A DNA stretch of 64,000 nucleotides from Octopus sinensis. Its lineage: Eukaryota. The stretch lies in assembly GCF_006345805.1 (NCBI RefSeq), contig NC_043000.1:43958001-44022000 (forward strand). The letters are read 5' to 3'. Positions 63,464-64,000 of this stretch are shown here, one piece after another. Numbering within the stretch: the stretch's first letter is position 1; the number at the start of each line of letters is the position of its first letter. The translations under genes and the position numbers were made by a program. The notes under the pieces are model-generated. The model worked only from the letters and a program-made list of their open reading frames with translations. It was not told the origin of the DNA and did no database searches.

Positions 63464-63916
63464 TTAATGTATCGACGAGTAGTGAACCCATTTTGCTATT
63501 CCACTGTTGTAATACTCAGAAATGATACATTTCTTCATTTTATTTCTTTGAATTTTATTTATACTTATGAGTTGAAAGAGTGTGAACATTTTCGCGAGAG
63601 CAGACACCTGGTAAATCCTTTTGATATATGTTGATATTTCAAAGTTTAACTTCAAACAGTTGTTTATATAATCATCGGGATTATTCTTTGTGCATGTCTT
63701 TTCGTTTAGCAGTAAAAGTAAAGCAAACAACGTCGTTGCAATGCTATCAACAGCGGTAATTAGATTACCTATAACATTAGTAGTAATTTCACAGCTAAGG
63801 CTTCTTTTCAAAATAATGTATACTTGCATTAGTGTTTCGAAATAAGTCATGGTTAACGCCATTTCGTTTACAACATAAGCAATGATATTGTATGATACAT
63901 ATTTGATGTCCATTTC
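63464..63916 (-). CDS. Candidate host coding exon, unidentified, predicted largely helical
   Basis: 149 open codons of non-repetitive AT-rich sequence; acceptor-like TTTTCTGGTAAG at 63917 gives phase-0 EMDIKY...; possible internal donor CAG|GTGTCT at 63608; no TE motif recognised. Confidence 0.5.
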   Translation of the reverse strand, partial: EMDIKYVSYNIIAYVVNEMALTMTYFETLMQVYIILKRSLSCEITTNVIGNLITAVDSIATTLFALLLLLNEKTCTKNNPDDYINNCLKLNFEISTYIKRIYQVSALAKMFTLFQLISINKIQRNKMKKCIISEYYNSGIAKWVHYSSIH

Positions 63917-64000
63917 CTTACCAGAAAACTAATAAATAAATAATTTACGAATTTGTCCCAATAAAGAGAAGACCATATTCTATTTGTGTCACCAAATTAA

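Overview
Eukaryotic, very AT-rich, repeat-dominated DNA. There are no operons, rRNA genes or CRISPR arrays, and no intact tRNA gene was recognised. The tRNA-derived SINE families and the density of (TA)n/(CA)n/(GATA)n/(ATT)n tracts suggest a cephalopod (Octopus-type) genome; this is an inference from recall, not a search result. Most ORFs in the supplied track are microsatellite read-throughs or shadow frames. Supported content: (1) a near-full-length, frameshifted CR1-type LINE (~42127-46750) whose ORF1 has an unusual Myb/SANT-like + Q/P-rich + two-CCCH-finger architecture; (2) at least four Penelope-like element (PLE) relics with GIY-YIG and/or RT motifs, several ending in inverted (fold-back) junctions; (3) three families of short repeats carrying minimal hammerhead-ribozyme motifs, including a ~365-bp partial-tandem unit with a compensatory U3-A8 core in two diverged copies; (4) R4/Dong-like LINE, mariner/Tc1, hAT-MITE and Helitron-like relics; (5) many tRNA-SINEs, showing tail swapping, nesting and a 3' hairpin shared with CR1 LINEs; (6) several large inverted repeats; (7) one unexplained 149-codon minus-strand ORF at the right end that may be a host exon. 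Boundaries of decayed repeats are approximate and everything was read by eye.
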